64,000 nucleotides of DNA from Anthoceros angustus (taxonomy: Eukaryota; Plantae; Anthocerotophyta), in the NCBI GenBank assembly GCA_010909165.1, contig VJWM01000025.1:1178001-1242000 (forward strand). The letters run 5' to 3'. Position 1 is the stretch's first letter, and each line of letters opens with the position of its first letter. The notes under the pieces are model-generated. The model worked only from the letters and a program-made list of their open reading frames with translations. It made no database searches and was not told the origin of the DNA. Shown here one piece after another: positions 23,701 to 35,831 of this stretch. The position numbers and the translations under genes were made by a program.

Positions 23701-24790
23701 GCGACAAAGGTGATGCGATCGGAGCAAGGCAGACTTTGGATCCACTCAAGGCATGCCCGGTTATTACATGGCCCTCATGTCCATAGAGCAAGAAGATGGA
23801 AGGCATCCGCCGAGGGAGGAGAGAGACATCCGGAATGAGCAAGCCATATACCATCATGGAAGGATGATCCTGGTATGGACCCTGCCCTACACATTACAAC
23901 AAAGATCACGTTACACCTATGAAACGGCAAAGTATGGGTGATGATCGTGAGTACTCAAGGAGGTACCACCCATAGGGGAGAGGAAGCAATTGGCAACCAA
24001 GGTGCACATCACGCTTGGACACTTTGGGGTAAAACGAACGCATCATATGTTGAAGAACGCCTACTTTTGGTCAGGGATGTATGCAGATGTTGAAAAGGTG
24101 GTGGCCAAGTGTGCCGCGTGTGATGCAGTTAAGGCCAGGTTCAACAGCCAGGATGTGGTGTTGCACTCGCTGCCCATTAGGGGACTCTTCTTCAGATGGT
24201 CTGTCAACTTGATGCCTGAGCTACCAATTACCAAGCAGGGCAACAGACACTGCATGTTGATGATCGAGCATTTTTCAAAATGGGTGGAATTGGCCTTCCG
24301 CCAGCTTAGAAGTTCGCAGATACGCCTGAGCATTTCGCAATGTGTTCTCGCAGATATGGTAGTTCGAAGTGCTAATCGACCAAGGCAATGAGTTTCGAGG
24401 AGAGTTTCGTTGCTGGATCAAGCTCGATAGATCACAGGCGAACTTCCCGAGATCACCCTCAGCCGATGGGTCATGAATGAGCGATTAGTGCATCTTCAAG
24501 GATTCTCTAAAATATTGCATGGAGATTGAGCCCGATTGTTGGGATGAGCTATTGCCTTATGTGGCTCGGATACCGAATCATCGCAAGCCGTGACTTGGCA
24601 ACTTCAACAGATACATCATGTTTGGCGAAGCGATCATGCCAAATATAGTGGCAGACACTTACCTGTGCCCGTGGATCGGGCACAGACCTCAAGGATGTCT
24701 TTCGAATTGCAAGCAAGAGCCAGTTATTTCAACGTGTGATGCTGGTGGCCATGGACAACCTAGCTATAGCCCAACACCGGGATCAGCTTC

Positions 24791-25044
24791 TGATGAAATA
24801 TATTAGGTATAGGGCACTATTCACTAGGGCACCTTTACTTAATGATTATTATATGCCTAGGGCACTAAGTAGTTTTCTTTAGGTGGTTATTTAGGTAGTT
24901 AGTTGTTATAACCACTTATGGTTACAACAACTTATGGTTGTAACCACCGACTCTACCTACTATTTAAACACTCTTGTATTTTCTATTATGTAATGCAACT
25001 CTACAAGACTCTTTTGCAAGTGCGTTTGTGCGTGATTCTCATCA
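24791..25044 (+). repeat. copia 5' LTR (254 bp)
   Basis: Near-identical to 34538-34805. Confidence 0.95.
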
Positions 25045-25249
25045 TGGTATGGGAGCTTGCTCTAGATGCTTGAGCACCTTGCTTGCCTCTTCTTTAGGCA
25101 TGAATTGTTTTGTGCATTACTAATTTTGCAACATGGAATTTTGGCTTGGAGGCAACTTTACAATTATGCTCAACATCATATTTTTATGATGCACAAATTG
25201 TGCATCACTTTCTTGACTCCTTCTCATGGGGCAAGGAAGTAGGAGGAGA

Positions 25250-25760
25250 TTGAAGGCTGCATCAAGGGAGAATGCATCAAATTATAATAATTACGATAAA
25301 TTTATAGATCCAATTGAAAGAGATTCTAAATTTATTAGCAATTTATTAATTGCAATTCTTATAAAATCAGAGAATCAAGGAGAGTTGATTGAGGTTGCTA
25401 AGAGAGATTTACTTACTTGTTTTAGTTTATCACAAGTAGAATCTCTAGTTTTAGCACTCAACACATTCCTAATCTACATGCTGGTCCTGTTGTGATTAGT
25501 AGCACAAATTCTCTGCAGCCTCTCCTTAAATCTATCAAAATAGATTCAGAACTTAGACATGATGTCATTAGTAGACAATTGTCGTCTTTGGCTCATGCCT
25601 TCAATCATTTAGCTGGATGCATTGAAGACTTAGATACTAAAATGTCTAAAAGTTCCCTGCAGAAATTCACATTTTTACCTGCAGATTCTGTTTTTGATAT
25701 GATTGGAGCATCGTCTGGTGAAATCTCCTCCAAGACAGCACGCACAGCGTGGAATGGTCT
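25250..25760 (+). pseudogene. Unknown AT-rich ~170-aa ORF between PBS and gag of the copia (repeated in each array unit)
   Basis: ORFs 25226-25495 and 25492-25764 join with one frameshift: FIDPIERDSKFISNLLIAILIKSENQGELIEVAKRDLL...SELRHDVISRQLSSLAHAFNHLAGCIEDLDTK. Confidence 0.5.
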
Positions 25761-28700
25761 TTAAACATCTTTGCCATGGCTAGTCGGAAGATGAGGAGAG
25801 CAACTTGACGAAGAAGTCAACATCAACAAGGACCCTATTGAGACCAAATCAATGGTTGTCAATAATTATGGAGACAGCTTCAAAGAAAAGGACAGATTCA
25901 ATGGCAAGGACTACGACGTCTGGCGCCTTGAATGAGGGAGTATTGCGTCTTATGACCTATGGGATATTGTCGGAGCCTTAGAGCGCCCAAGATGGGGTCT
26001 TGACGAAGAAGTCAACATCAACAAGGACCCTATTGAGACCAAATCAATGGTTGTCAATAATTATGGAGACGACTTCAAAGAAAAGGATGATTCAATGGCA
26101 AGGACTACGGCGCCTGCGAATGAGGGAGTATTGCGTAACCGTGACCTATGGGATATTGTCGGAGCCTTAGAGCGCCCAAGATGGGTGTCTAAAACGCACT
26201 GGATGCGAAGGATGAGAGAGCCCGAGGATATGATTATCGATGGTCTCTCTCCATATGGTACGGCAAATCGGAGGCGGGATCCTCCAAGGAAATGTGGGAT
26301 CACCGCCATGGCTAGTCGGGAAGATGAGGGAGAGCAACTTGACGAAGAAGTCAACATCAACAAGGACCCTATTGAGACCAAATCAATGGTTGTCAATAAT
26401 TATGGAGACGACTTCAAAGAAAAGGATGATTCAATGGCAAGGACTACGGCGTCGGCGCCGAATGAGGGAGTATTGCGTGTGACCTATGGGATATTGTCGG
26501 AGCCTTAGAGCGCCCAAGATGGGGTCGACAACGCACACAGGATGCGAAGGATGAGAGAGCCAGGATATGATTATCTGGTCTCTCTCTCCATATGGTACGG
26601 CAAATCGTCGAGGATCCTCCAAGGAAATGTGGGATCACCTCGCACAATTATACTCCTCCAAGGATGTTATGAGTCGATGGCTGCTACTCACTTCCTTAAG
26701 ATGAGGGAATCGACACCATTGAACACCATATTAGTGCTTTTCGAATGGCAAGATCCCAACTTGAAGGCTGCATCAAGGAGAATGCATCAAATTATAATAA
26801 TTCGATAAATTTATAGATCCAATTGAAAGAGATTCTAAATTTATTAGCAATTTTATTGGTGCAATCCTTATAAAATCGGAGAATCAAGGAGAGTTGATTG
26901 AGGTGGCTAAGAGAGATTTACTTACTTGTTTTAGTTTATCACAAGTAGAATCTCTAGTTTTAGCACTCCAACACATTCCTAATCTACATGCTCTTGTTGT
27001 GATTAGTAGCACAGATTCTCGCCTCCTTAAATCTATCAAAATAGATTCGAACTTAGACATGATGTCATTAGTAGACAATTGTCGTCTTTGGCTCATGCCT
27101 TCAATCATTTAGTGGATGCATTGAAGACTTAGATACTAAAATGTCTAAAAGTTCCTGAAATTCACATTTTACCGCAGACTGCTTTTGATATGATTGGAGC
27201 ATCGTCGTGAAATCTCCTCCAAGGCAGCACGCACAGCGTGGAATGGTCTTTAAACATCTTTGCCATGGCTAGTCGGGAAGATGAGGAGAGCAACTTGACG
27301 AAGAAGTCAACATCAACAAGGACCCTATTGAGACCAAATCAATGGTTGTCAATAATTATGGAGACGACTTCAAAGAAAAGGATGATTCAATGGCAAGGAC
27401 TACGACGTCTGGCGCCTTGAATGAGGGAGTATTGCGTCTTATGACCTATGGGATATTGTCGGAGCCTTAGAGCGCCAAGATGGGGTCTTGACGAAGAAGT
27501 CAACATCAACAAGGACCCTATTGAGACCAAATCAATGGTTGTCAATAATTATGGAGACGACTTCAAAGAAAAGGATGATTCAATGGCAAGGACTACGGCG
27601 CCTGCGAATGAGGGAGTATTGCGTAACCGTGACCTATGGGATATTGTCGGAGCCTTAGAGCGCCAAGATGGGTGTCTAAAACGCACTGGATGCGAAGGAT
27701 GAGAGAGCCCGAGGATATGATTATCGATGGTCTCTCTCCATATGGTACGGCAAATCAGTGCGGGATCCTCCAAGGAAATGTGGGATCACCGCCATGGCTA
27801 GTCGGGAAGATGAGGGAGAGCAACTTGACGAAGAAGTCAACATCAACAAGGACCCTATTGAGACCAAATCAATGGTTGTCAATAATTATGGAGACGACTT
27901 CAAAGAAAAGGATGATTCAATGGCAAGGACTACGGCGTCGGCGCCGAATGAGGGAGTATTGCGTGTGACCTATGGGATATTGTCGGAGCCTTAGAGCGCC
28001 AAGATGGGGTCGACAACGCACACAGGATGCGAAGGATGAGAGAGCCAGGATATGATTATCTGGTCTCTCTCTCCATATGGTACGGCAAATCGTCGAGGAT
28101 CCTCCAAGGAAATGTGGGATCACCTCGCACAATTATACTCCTCCAAGGATGTTATGAGTCGATGGCTGCTACTCACTTCCTTAAGATGAGGGAATCGACA
28201 CCATTGAACACCATATTAGTGCTTTTTAGAAGATAGCAAGATCCCAACTTGAAGGCTGCATCAAGGAGAATGCATCAAATTATAATAATTCGATAAATTT
28301 ATAGATCCAATTGAAAGAGATTCTAAATTTATTAGCAATTTTATTGGTGCAATCCTTATAAAATCGAGAGAATCAAGGAGAGTTGATTGAGGTGGCTAAG
28401 AGAGATTTACTTACTTGTTTTAGTTTATCACAAGTAGAATCTCTAGTTTTAGCACTCCAACACATTCCTAATCTACATGCTCTTGTTGTGATTAGTAGCA
28501 CAGATTCTCGCCTCCTTAAATCTATCAAAATAGATTCGAACTTAGACATGATGTCATTAGTAGACAATTGTCGTCTTTGGCTCATGCCTTCAATCATTTA
28601 GTGGATGCATTGAAGACTTAGATACTAAAATGTCTAAAAGTTCCTGAAATTCACATTTTACCGCAGACTGCTTTTGATATGATTGGAGCATCGTCTCGTG

Positions 28701-29210
28701 AAATCTCCTCCAAGAGACGCCCAGTAGTCGTGGTCTTTAAACATCACCGCCATGGCTAGTCGGGAAGATGAGGGAGAGCAACTTGACGAAGAAGTCAACA
28801 TCAACAAGGACCCTATTGAGACCAAATCAATGGTTGTCAATAATTATGGAGACTTCAAAGAAAAGGATGATTCAATGGCAAGGACTACGACGTGGCGCTG
28901 CGAATGAGGGAGTATTGCGTAACGTGACCTATGGGATATTGTCGGAGCCTTAGAGCGCCAAGATGGGGTCGAAAAAACGCACTGGATGCGAAGGATGAGA
29001 GAGCCGATATGATTATCTGGTCTCTCTCTCCATATGGTACGGCAAATCGAGGGATCCTCCAAGGAAATGTGGGATCACCTCGCACAATTATACTCCTCCA
29101 AGGATGTTATGAGTCCGATGACCGCTACTGTAACTTCCACAACCTTAAGATGAGGGAATCGACACCATTGAACACCATATTAGTGCTTTTCGAATGGCAA
29201 GATCCCAACT
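25250..29210 (+). repeat. Compound tandem array inside copia: three ~1.5/1.5/0.96-kb units (starts 25250, 26761, 28249) containing about seven copies of the gag 5' segment
   Basis: Units are joined at the microhomology TTGAAG. The sub-repeat gacgaagaagtcaacatcaacaaggaccc recurs about seven times. Confidence 0.9.
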
Positions 29211-32200
29211 TGAAGTCGCTTCCAACTCCAAGCTCTCCGAGTTAACATGCTTTGTTGCATTATTATCCTCTCTTCCATCCTCCTATAGATCATTTGTGAC
29301 AACTCAAAATGTCAGTATTGAGAACAGCCGAAAAATATGGACAAGCATGATACCTTGGACATAAGTATAAATGAGTTGATCGGAGCATTGATATGAGGAG
29401 TCCAATGACATCAAGACTCACGAACTAGCCGGCAAGAAGTGATGTACAGGAAGAGGCGAGGAAGTGGTCGCGGTCGAGGCGCGCAAACGGACCTCCTTCC
29501 ACTAAGCCGCCACTTCATCCAGCTTCTGTGGAGCTTCTCCGTCTTCTTCTACACCGCAAGAGGTAATAAGAAGACGGAATTATTTGCAATTGGTGCGAAT
29601 CCCAAATCACATGGAGAAGGACTGAAGGAAGAAAATGGTGAGCCTAGGAAAGAGGCCTCACCCGCATATGTTGTGAAGAAACCATCCTCTTCAACTCCTT
29701 CTCGCTTACAGATGCCTGCATCCTCCCGCCCTACAAATCAATTCGTACCTTGATAGTGGAGCTACCTCACACATCTGTCATGACAAAGACTCCTTTGAGT
29801 CATATTCCCCAACCACGGACACCGACTGTCCTCTTGGGTGATGATCACAACCTCCCAATAGCAGTGCAGTTCGTTGTCCTCGATGTTCCACAGTCGACTC
29901 TTCACTTACGTCATGTCCTTCATGTACCAGCCATGTGTAAAAATCTAGTCTCTGCCGCTAGTTTATGTCATGCACATACTATGCAAGTCACACTTTATGC
30001 AGATAGTTGTCTTATTTCATACACCTCCAATAAGTCACATGCCATCTGCATAGGCATACTAGAAGATGGGCTATACAAACTTTCAGCTCAAGTGGGTCCC
30101 ACACATTCCATCAATGTCGCGTCCCCCAATTCTGCACCACCCAGCCATACCATGTTGTGGCATTGTCGTCTCGGTCATCCTAATAGCCAAAAATTAGTAC
30201 AAATGTCTAAGGCAGGAAATCTATACCGCACACCCTGCCTTTCTCAAATTCAACACCTTCCATGGTGTGAGACTTGTGTCATTACCAAAAGACATCAAGC
30301 CCCTTTCGAACATCTCTCCACGAGGCGACATCTCCTCTAGAGCTTGTTCATAGACATTTGTGGCCCTATCTCTACACCTTCCTTCGGTAGCGTATATTTT
30401 TGACCTTCATCGACTACTCCCGCTTTACACTCACCTATATCCTTAATCACAAGGGTGATACTTATCATTTCTTCAAGGACTATATGGCTGGCGGAGAGAT
30501 TGAGAGAAGAAACTCAAGACCTTACGTTACAATGGTGGCGAGTTTACTTCTAAAGTTTGAGGACTTTTGCCGAGCTCAAGGTATAGCTCAACAACTCACG
30601 TTGTATACACTCCTCAACAAAATGGCGTGAAAATAAAAATCTGCGCCTTCAAGAGATCACGCTTGTTAACCCAAGCAAATTTACCCAAAGTATATTAATG
30701 AGGCACTCCTCACGCCATATCTCATGAATCGATCGCCCACTGCGGTCAAGGTATGACACCTTATGAAGCCTTTATGGCAAGAAGCCTTCTATTGATCATC
30801 TCGCATTTTGGATCTCCGGCATATGTCTTTATTCCTAAAGCATTGCGTAAGAAGTTAGATCCGAAAGCGGCCAGATATACTTTTATTGGTTATACGGAAG
30901 GAATCAAGGGCTATAAATTATTTGATCCTTCCACCAAAAAGCTTCTTTATGCTCGCAGCGTCACTTTTCATGAACATTCCCTATTTTCTCCTTCAGTGGG
31001 AGATCTAATGCCTCCCCATCCTTCATCTACTGATGCGGAGCCTGAATGTTCTTCTTTTGATACTAGTGACTACATTATGGACTTCCCTGTTCCTGCTCTC
31101 CGTGTCCCTTCCGATGGACCTATTATGCAGGAGGAGGAGTTAGCCCCTTCTTACGTCTCGACTCACCTTCATTAGATACCGAGGAACCTCAACATTTTGA
31201 TGATATTCACGATGATCCGGACGAACCCGAGCGTGACCGAGTATTTAGTTGAGGACCCTCCTCGTGAATCAACCCTTCTTGAAGACGAGAAGACGAGCAA
31301 CTGCACAAAGGTACAATCTCGTAACTGCACCAACCATCCTCGGTCCGCAGTTGGAAGGAGCCTCCTTTGGGATACCTAGCTACTCCGTCAGATATCGTGC
31401 AACTATTGACCCAAGAACCCACTACTCTCAAACAAGCCTTCTCATCCCCGAAAAGGACTTATGGAAGGCGAGATTCTGAATATGACTCCTTGATCAAGAA
31501 TTCTACATGGAATCGGGTCAAACCCCTAAGGGAGGAAGATAGTGACAAGCAAATGGGTATTTAAAATCAAGAGAAAAGGAGATGGTTCCATTGAAAGATA
31601 TAAGGCACGTCTAGTAGCCAGAGGCTTTACACAAATTCCTGGCCTAGACTACGTACCTTGGGCCACTTATGCCCCTGTAGCCAAATTTGCTAGCCTTGAA
31701 TGATATTTGCCTTATCGCAGATGATCTTGAACTCCATATGATGGATGTAAAGACAGATATTTACATGGGCATCTACAAGAAGAAATATACATGAAACAAC
31801 CTGAGGGTTATGAGGTTAAAGGCAAAGAAGATTTGGTGTGTAAGCTTATTAAATGTATCTACGGATTGAAGCAATCCGGTAAGGAATGGAACACCGTAAT
31901 ACATATTAAGCTTATTAAACGAGGTTTTAGACAAAGCAAGGCAGATTCTTGCATGTATATCTTAATCTCTGGAAAAGAGATAATTTACCTCTTACTCTAC
32001 GTCGATGACGTATTTATGGCTTCCTCTTCATCCTCTCTCCTAGCCGAGATTAAAGCTTGGTTAAGAAGTCATTTTGAAATGACTGATCTTGGAGAGCTGA
32101 CTTACGCACTTGGTGTTAATATTATGAGAGATAGAAGCCGTAAGACTTTAAGCGTTTTTCAAACAAAATATATTAAGGAAAGCTTAATCAAATTTGGATT

Positions 32201-32930
32201 AGAAGACGCTAAACCTGCTCCCACTCCTTTTGCTAGTGGGATACGACTCACGTTGGAAATGAGTCCTAAACAGATGCGCATAAGTTACGATGTCGGTTCC
32301 TTATCGACATCTTGTTGGCACACTTATATATTTGAGCAACTTCACTAGGCCCATATAGCTTTTGAAGTTAGTGCTTGTTCACAATTTTGGAGAATCTCGG
32401 TCGTGAACATTGGGCATCATCAAACGTATATTTAGGTACCTTAAGGGTACAATGAATACGATTAGTTTATCAACATACACCAAGTATGAACAAACCAATA
32501 TTAACGGCATATGCTGATGCCGACTATGCTGGTGATCCCGACACACGGCGATCAGTATCTGGCTATGTACTTATGCTATGCAAAGCTCCCATATCATGGT
32601 CAAGTAAGAAACAAATGACCATTGCCCTTTCAAGCACTGAGTCAGAGTATAGAGTACTAACCTCAGTTGCCAAGGATATTGTATGGAGTAGGTTAGCCTT
32701 AAGTGAGCTCAATCACACACAAGACAACCCTACACCTCTATAAGGATAGTCAAGGAGCCATAGCATTAGCCGAAACTGCTTTCCATTCTAGGACTAAACA
32801 CATAGTCGAATACCATTACATTAGAGAAATGTTGGGAAATAAAACTATTGATATTAGTTATATTCAAACTCGGGATAACGCATTGATTTATTCACAAAGT
32901 CCCTTGGTCGGAATTACATATTAAACATAT
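28752..32930 (+). pseudogene. pol: copia gag-pol (gag, CCHC, PR, INT, RT, RNase H), frameshifted
   Basis: gag FNGKDY..WR..MR.VLRN.DLWDIV and EMWDHLAQLYSSK; YLDSGATSHICHDK (~29745); MLWHCRLGHPN; CETCVITK; LELVH.DICGP; [13 protein letters not shown]; KQPEGY..LIKCIYGLKQSGKEW; LLLYVDD; [10 protein letters not shown]; HSRTKHI. Confidence 0.93.
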
Positions 32931-33239
32931 GAAGACCTTAGGTATATTAGATACCAAGTCAATACCAACCTAACCAAGAAGATCGCTATCCGGGCCGATT
33001 AAGTTAACCTTATTTCTTCAAGCCCATTTCTTAACTACATATTCCATTTCCTCTTCAATTTCTAAATGGTCTTCGTAGTATTCCCCAAAGATCCTTGCTA
33101 AGTGCCCAAGCATCCTAAACCATAGTGCAAGAAGGGTCAAAATAATATTTCTTTATTATAACTTTTGCTTATTGAGAACACTTACTATAGATGTGCTTAG
33201 TGTGTCCTCTCGAACTCCTTACAGCTCGAACCTAGTCAC

Positions 33240-34166
33240 ACCATGTGGATTCCGGTAATTTGGTACACATATTCAACTGGAGGGTTAGAAGCCGCATAAT
33301 CTCCAGGGCACACTATGTAAGTGGTAGTGGTCAATCCACCTTCAGGCATGCAGCTGCTAGCTTGGACTTCCCTTGCAATATAGCTTGGACTCTGGCGACA
33401 GTTAATGGGGTGGATCACAAGTCTTAGGAGACTTGCCCTTGCATAAATTTTCTTCAGTAAAATCTGTATCAATTTCGGTGAATCAAGCTGGAGTGGAACA
33501 TTTCAGCACGTATGAGCATATGTGGGCATGAAAGTTGGTTCCTACCTTTGCTATTAGATTCTTCATGAAGGTTATCAGCTATATTTTTCAGTCGACGATG
33601 ATATCTCGATTACACCAACGTGCACTGCAGTAGGTGTGTTGTGATGAAGATCAATTGCTGGCATTCCAGCCGCCATTCGCGATTCAACCCATGTTTTCAC
33701 TGAAGTTCGAAAATTTGAGGCTTCACCATCCGAGGTTCCAATCACACATGTTGTTGTTTCCAATGGTATAGTCATGGCGGCCATCTTCCACAGCTACGAT
33801 GCCGCCGTGCCTTCCGCTTGACCTTATGATATGTGAATTTCCAGCCACTTTAGGAAAGATGGATATCGCCATGATTGCATCGTGGCAATCCGCTTATTCT
33901 TCCTTGTGGTGCTGCAGCAGCCATCCGACCGCCGCAATGCCGTTGTGGTATGAAATTGTGGTCCGGCAATGGAAGGAATCCTCTGGACCGGTGTTGTAGG
34001 AGGTCGGAGGATCTTTTGCAAATTCAGCCTTTCCGGATGCGTTTCCCGCCATGGATGTCCTGTGAGCACAGCCTAAGGGCGCCTGCTTGAGGGGAGAACA
34101 CAAGCACAATGGCCGCAATGGCCGCAGTAGAAGGTATGAAGATGAGGTATCGCAATCAAGCCCCAC
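33240..34166 (-). pseudogene. Putative antisense accessory ORF in the 3' region of the copia
   Basis: Overlapping minus-strand ORFs 33894-34166, 33824-34069 and 33575-33784, plus coding-like text down to ~33240. They are preceded by a GC-rich leader (34200-34380) and an AT-rich block. No family recognised. Confidence 0.35.
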
Positions 34167-34537
34167 ATGGTGAAATCGCCAGCTATTTGCTGGACTAGAA
34201 CTCTAGGCCCGGGCGCCTCGGAAATGGTCGAGCAGGAAAAATCGGCGACGGCGCGCACGAGGGGGCGAGCCGGGCTCCCTGCCCGCCATAGCACGCGGCG
34301 AAGCTTGAGCTGGCTCCGCGTGGTGGACGAGGGGGCGAACCGCCAAGCCCGTCCGTTAAGTTTTCTTTTCGGCATTTTCATTTTAAAAATATTTTCCTAT
34401 TTTCTTATATAGGTTATTTCCTTTATGTTTTTAAATTAATTTTGCTTAAGGTCTAGTCTTGCTTTAGGCCTATTTTGGCTCATTTTGAAGCTAGAAAAAT
34501 CCTCTATTTTGTCACCCCTAGTTCACGTGAGTGGGAG

Positions 34538-34805
34538 TGATGAAATATATTAGGTATAGGCACTATTCACTAGGGCACCTTTACTTAATGATTATTATAT
34601 GCCTAGGGCACTAAGTAGTTTTCTTTAGGTGGTTATTTAGGTAGTTAGTTGTTATAACCACTTATGGTTATAACCACTTATAGTTACAACAACTTATGGT
34701 TGTAACCACCGACTCTACCTACTATTTAAACACTCTTGTATTTTCTATTATGTAATGCAACTCTACAAGACTCTTTTGCAAGCAAGGCGTGCGTGATTCT
34801 CATCA
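34538..34805 (+). repeat. copia 3' LTR (268 bp; one extra 14-bp unit)
   Basis: Near-identical to 24791-25044, with an additional TAACCACTTATGGTTA-type unit. Confidence 0.95.
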
Positions 34806-35831
34806 CCGTGATGCATTCACTGGGGAGGTCTGTGGAAACCGAAGCAAGGAAGTTTGAGGTGGGTGACTTTGTCTATCTGCAGCATCGACCCTCAACCACT
34901 TTGGACGTAAGCACTGGGCGCTTGATTTTGCGAGTGGTACAAGTCGGTGAACAAGGGGTGATTGAGTTGGAAGGACAGGATGGGCAAAGGTGTAAAGAGC
35001 ACATGCGGCATTTGGCCCCGTGCCATTTGCCCAATCTCGACACAAGGACACAACCGCAAGCCTGGAGACCACCGATTGATCTGCCTTGTGGGTTCTGCCG
35101 TGTCTCGATTCGGAATTAATGTTACTTTATGGCAAATGCAACGCAGGTACCATGTCTTTTGCCCACACCGCAGCTCAAAACAATTCCGAGGCGATTGGTT
35201 TGCCACCGCAACACCTTACAAGCGAACCAAACCAAAGTAAGCGGCGGCTCATGAGTGACGCAGACTCGACCCAATAGGGGCAATAAGGCGCGGGAGCCCG
35301 TTCACACATCGCACGGGCGATCACGCGTAAGTGTAGAGTAAGATTTAGGGGGGTAATAACAGCACACCAAATACGGGTGTTTGGAGCCCTAAACGGGAGG
35401 TCATGAGTGCTCAAGGCAAAGGAGCTAGGGCATCGGAGCCGGGGTAGTGTGAGCAAGGAGGATCGCACACAGGCACTTGTGAGGCAACACGGTGGGAGTC
35501 GTGCGTCACGGCAAGGTCGGACCTACCTCACAGGATGAACGATGCCGGCGGTGAGTGGTCACCAGAATGGCCGTGAGCGCAAGAGCAGCACGCGAGTGGT
35601 GCATCCGCGCCGTGAGGGTTGATCCTAAGCGGCGTCCGTGCATCCAGTGATTGGTTGTTTGCAATCCATGGATTAAAATCGCCTTGGTTTGACAGGCCGA
35701 CCGTGAAAGGGCCGAGTCGTCATCACACGACGCCTCGCCGCCCGCGACATCAGAAGGACGACCGCCACGGTGGGCGATTGGAGGGCGAGCGGTGTCGTGA
35801 AGGACCAATTGTTGCTTGATCTGCATGGCCG

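Larger units (their letters stand above)
24791..34805 (+). mobile_element. Ty1/copia LTR retrotransposon nested in the integrase of the DNMT element
   Basis: LTRs 24791-25044 and 34538-34805 (TGATG...CATCA). PBS TGGTATGGGAGC (tRNA-iMet-like) at 25045. PPT-like GAGTGGGAG before the 3' LTR. Order gag-PR-INT-RT-RH. No matching TSD (GCTTC vs CCGTG). Confidence 0.93.
23960..35215 (+). pseudogene. Integrase split by the copia insertion (23960-24790 and 34806-35080) with a C-terminal PHD finger (35087-35215)
   Basis: HITLGHFGVKRT...YFWSGMYADVEKVVAKCAACD zinc-binding motif, LHSLPIRGLFFRWSVNL, IEHFSKWVEL. After the copia: RKFEVGDFVYL...EHMRHLAPCH, then CGFC..LMLL(Y)GKCNAG(Y)HVFC..PQLKTIP.GDWF across frameshifts. 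Confidence 0.85.

Noticed and set aside
24786-34810. Target-site duplication for the copia
   Set aside because: The flanks are GCTTC and CCGTG. The host integrase frame rejoins plausibly, but no 5-bp duplicate is recoverable (error or local deletion).
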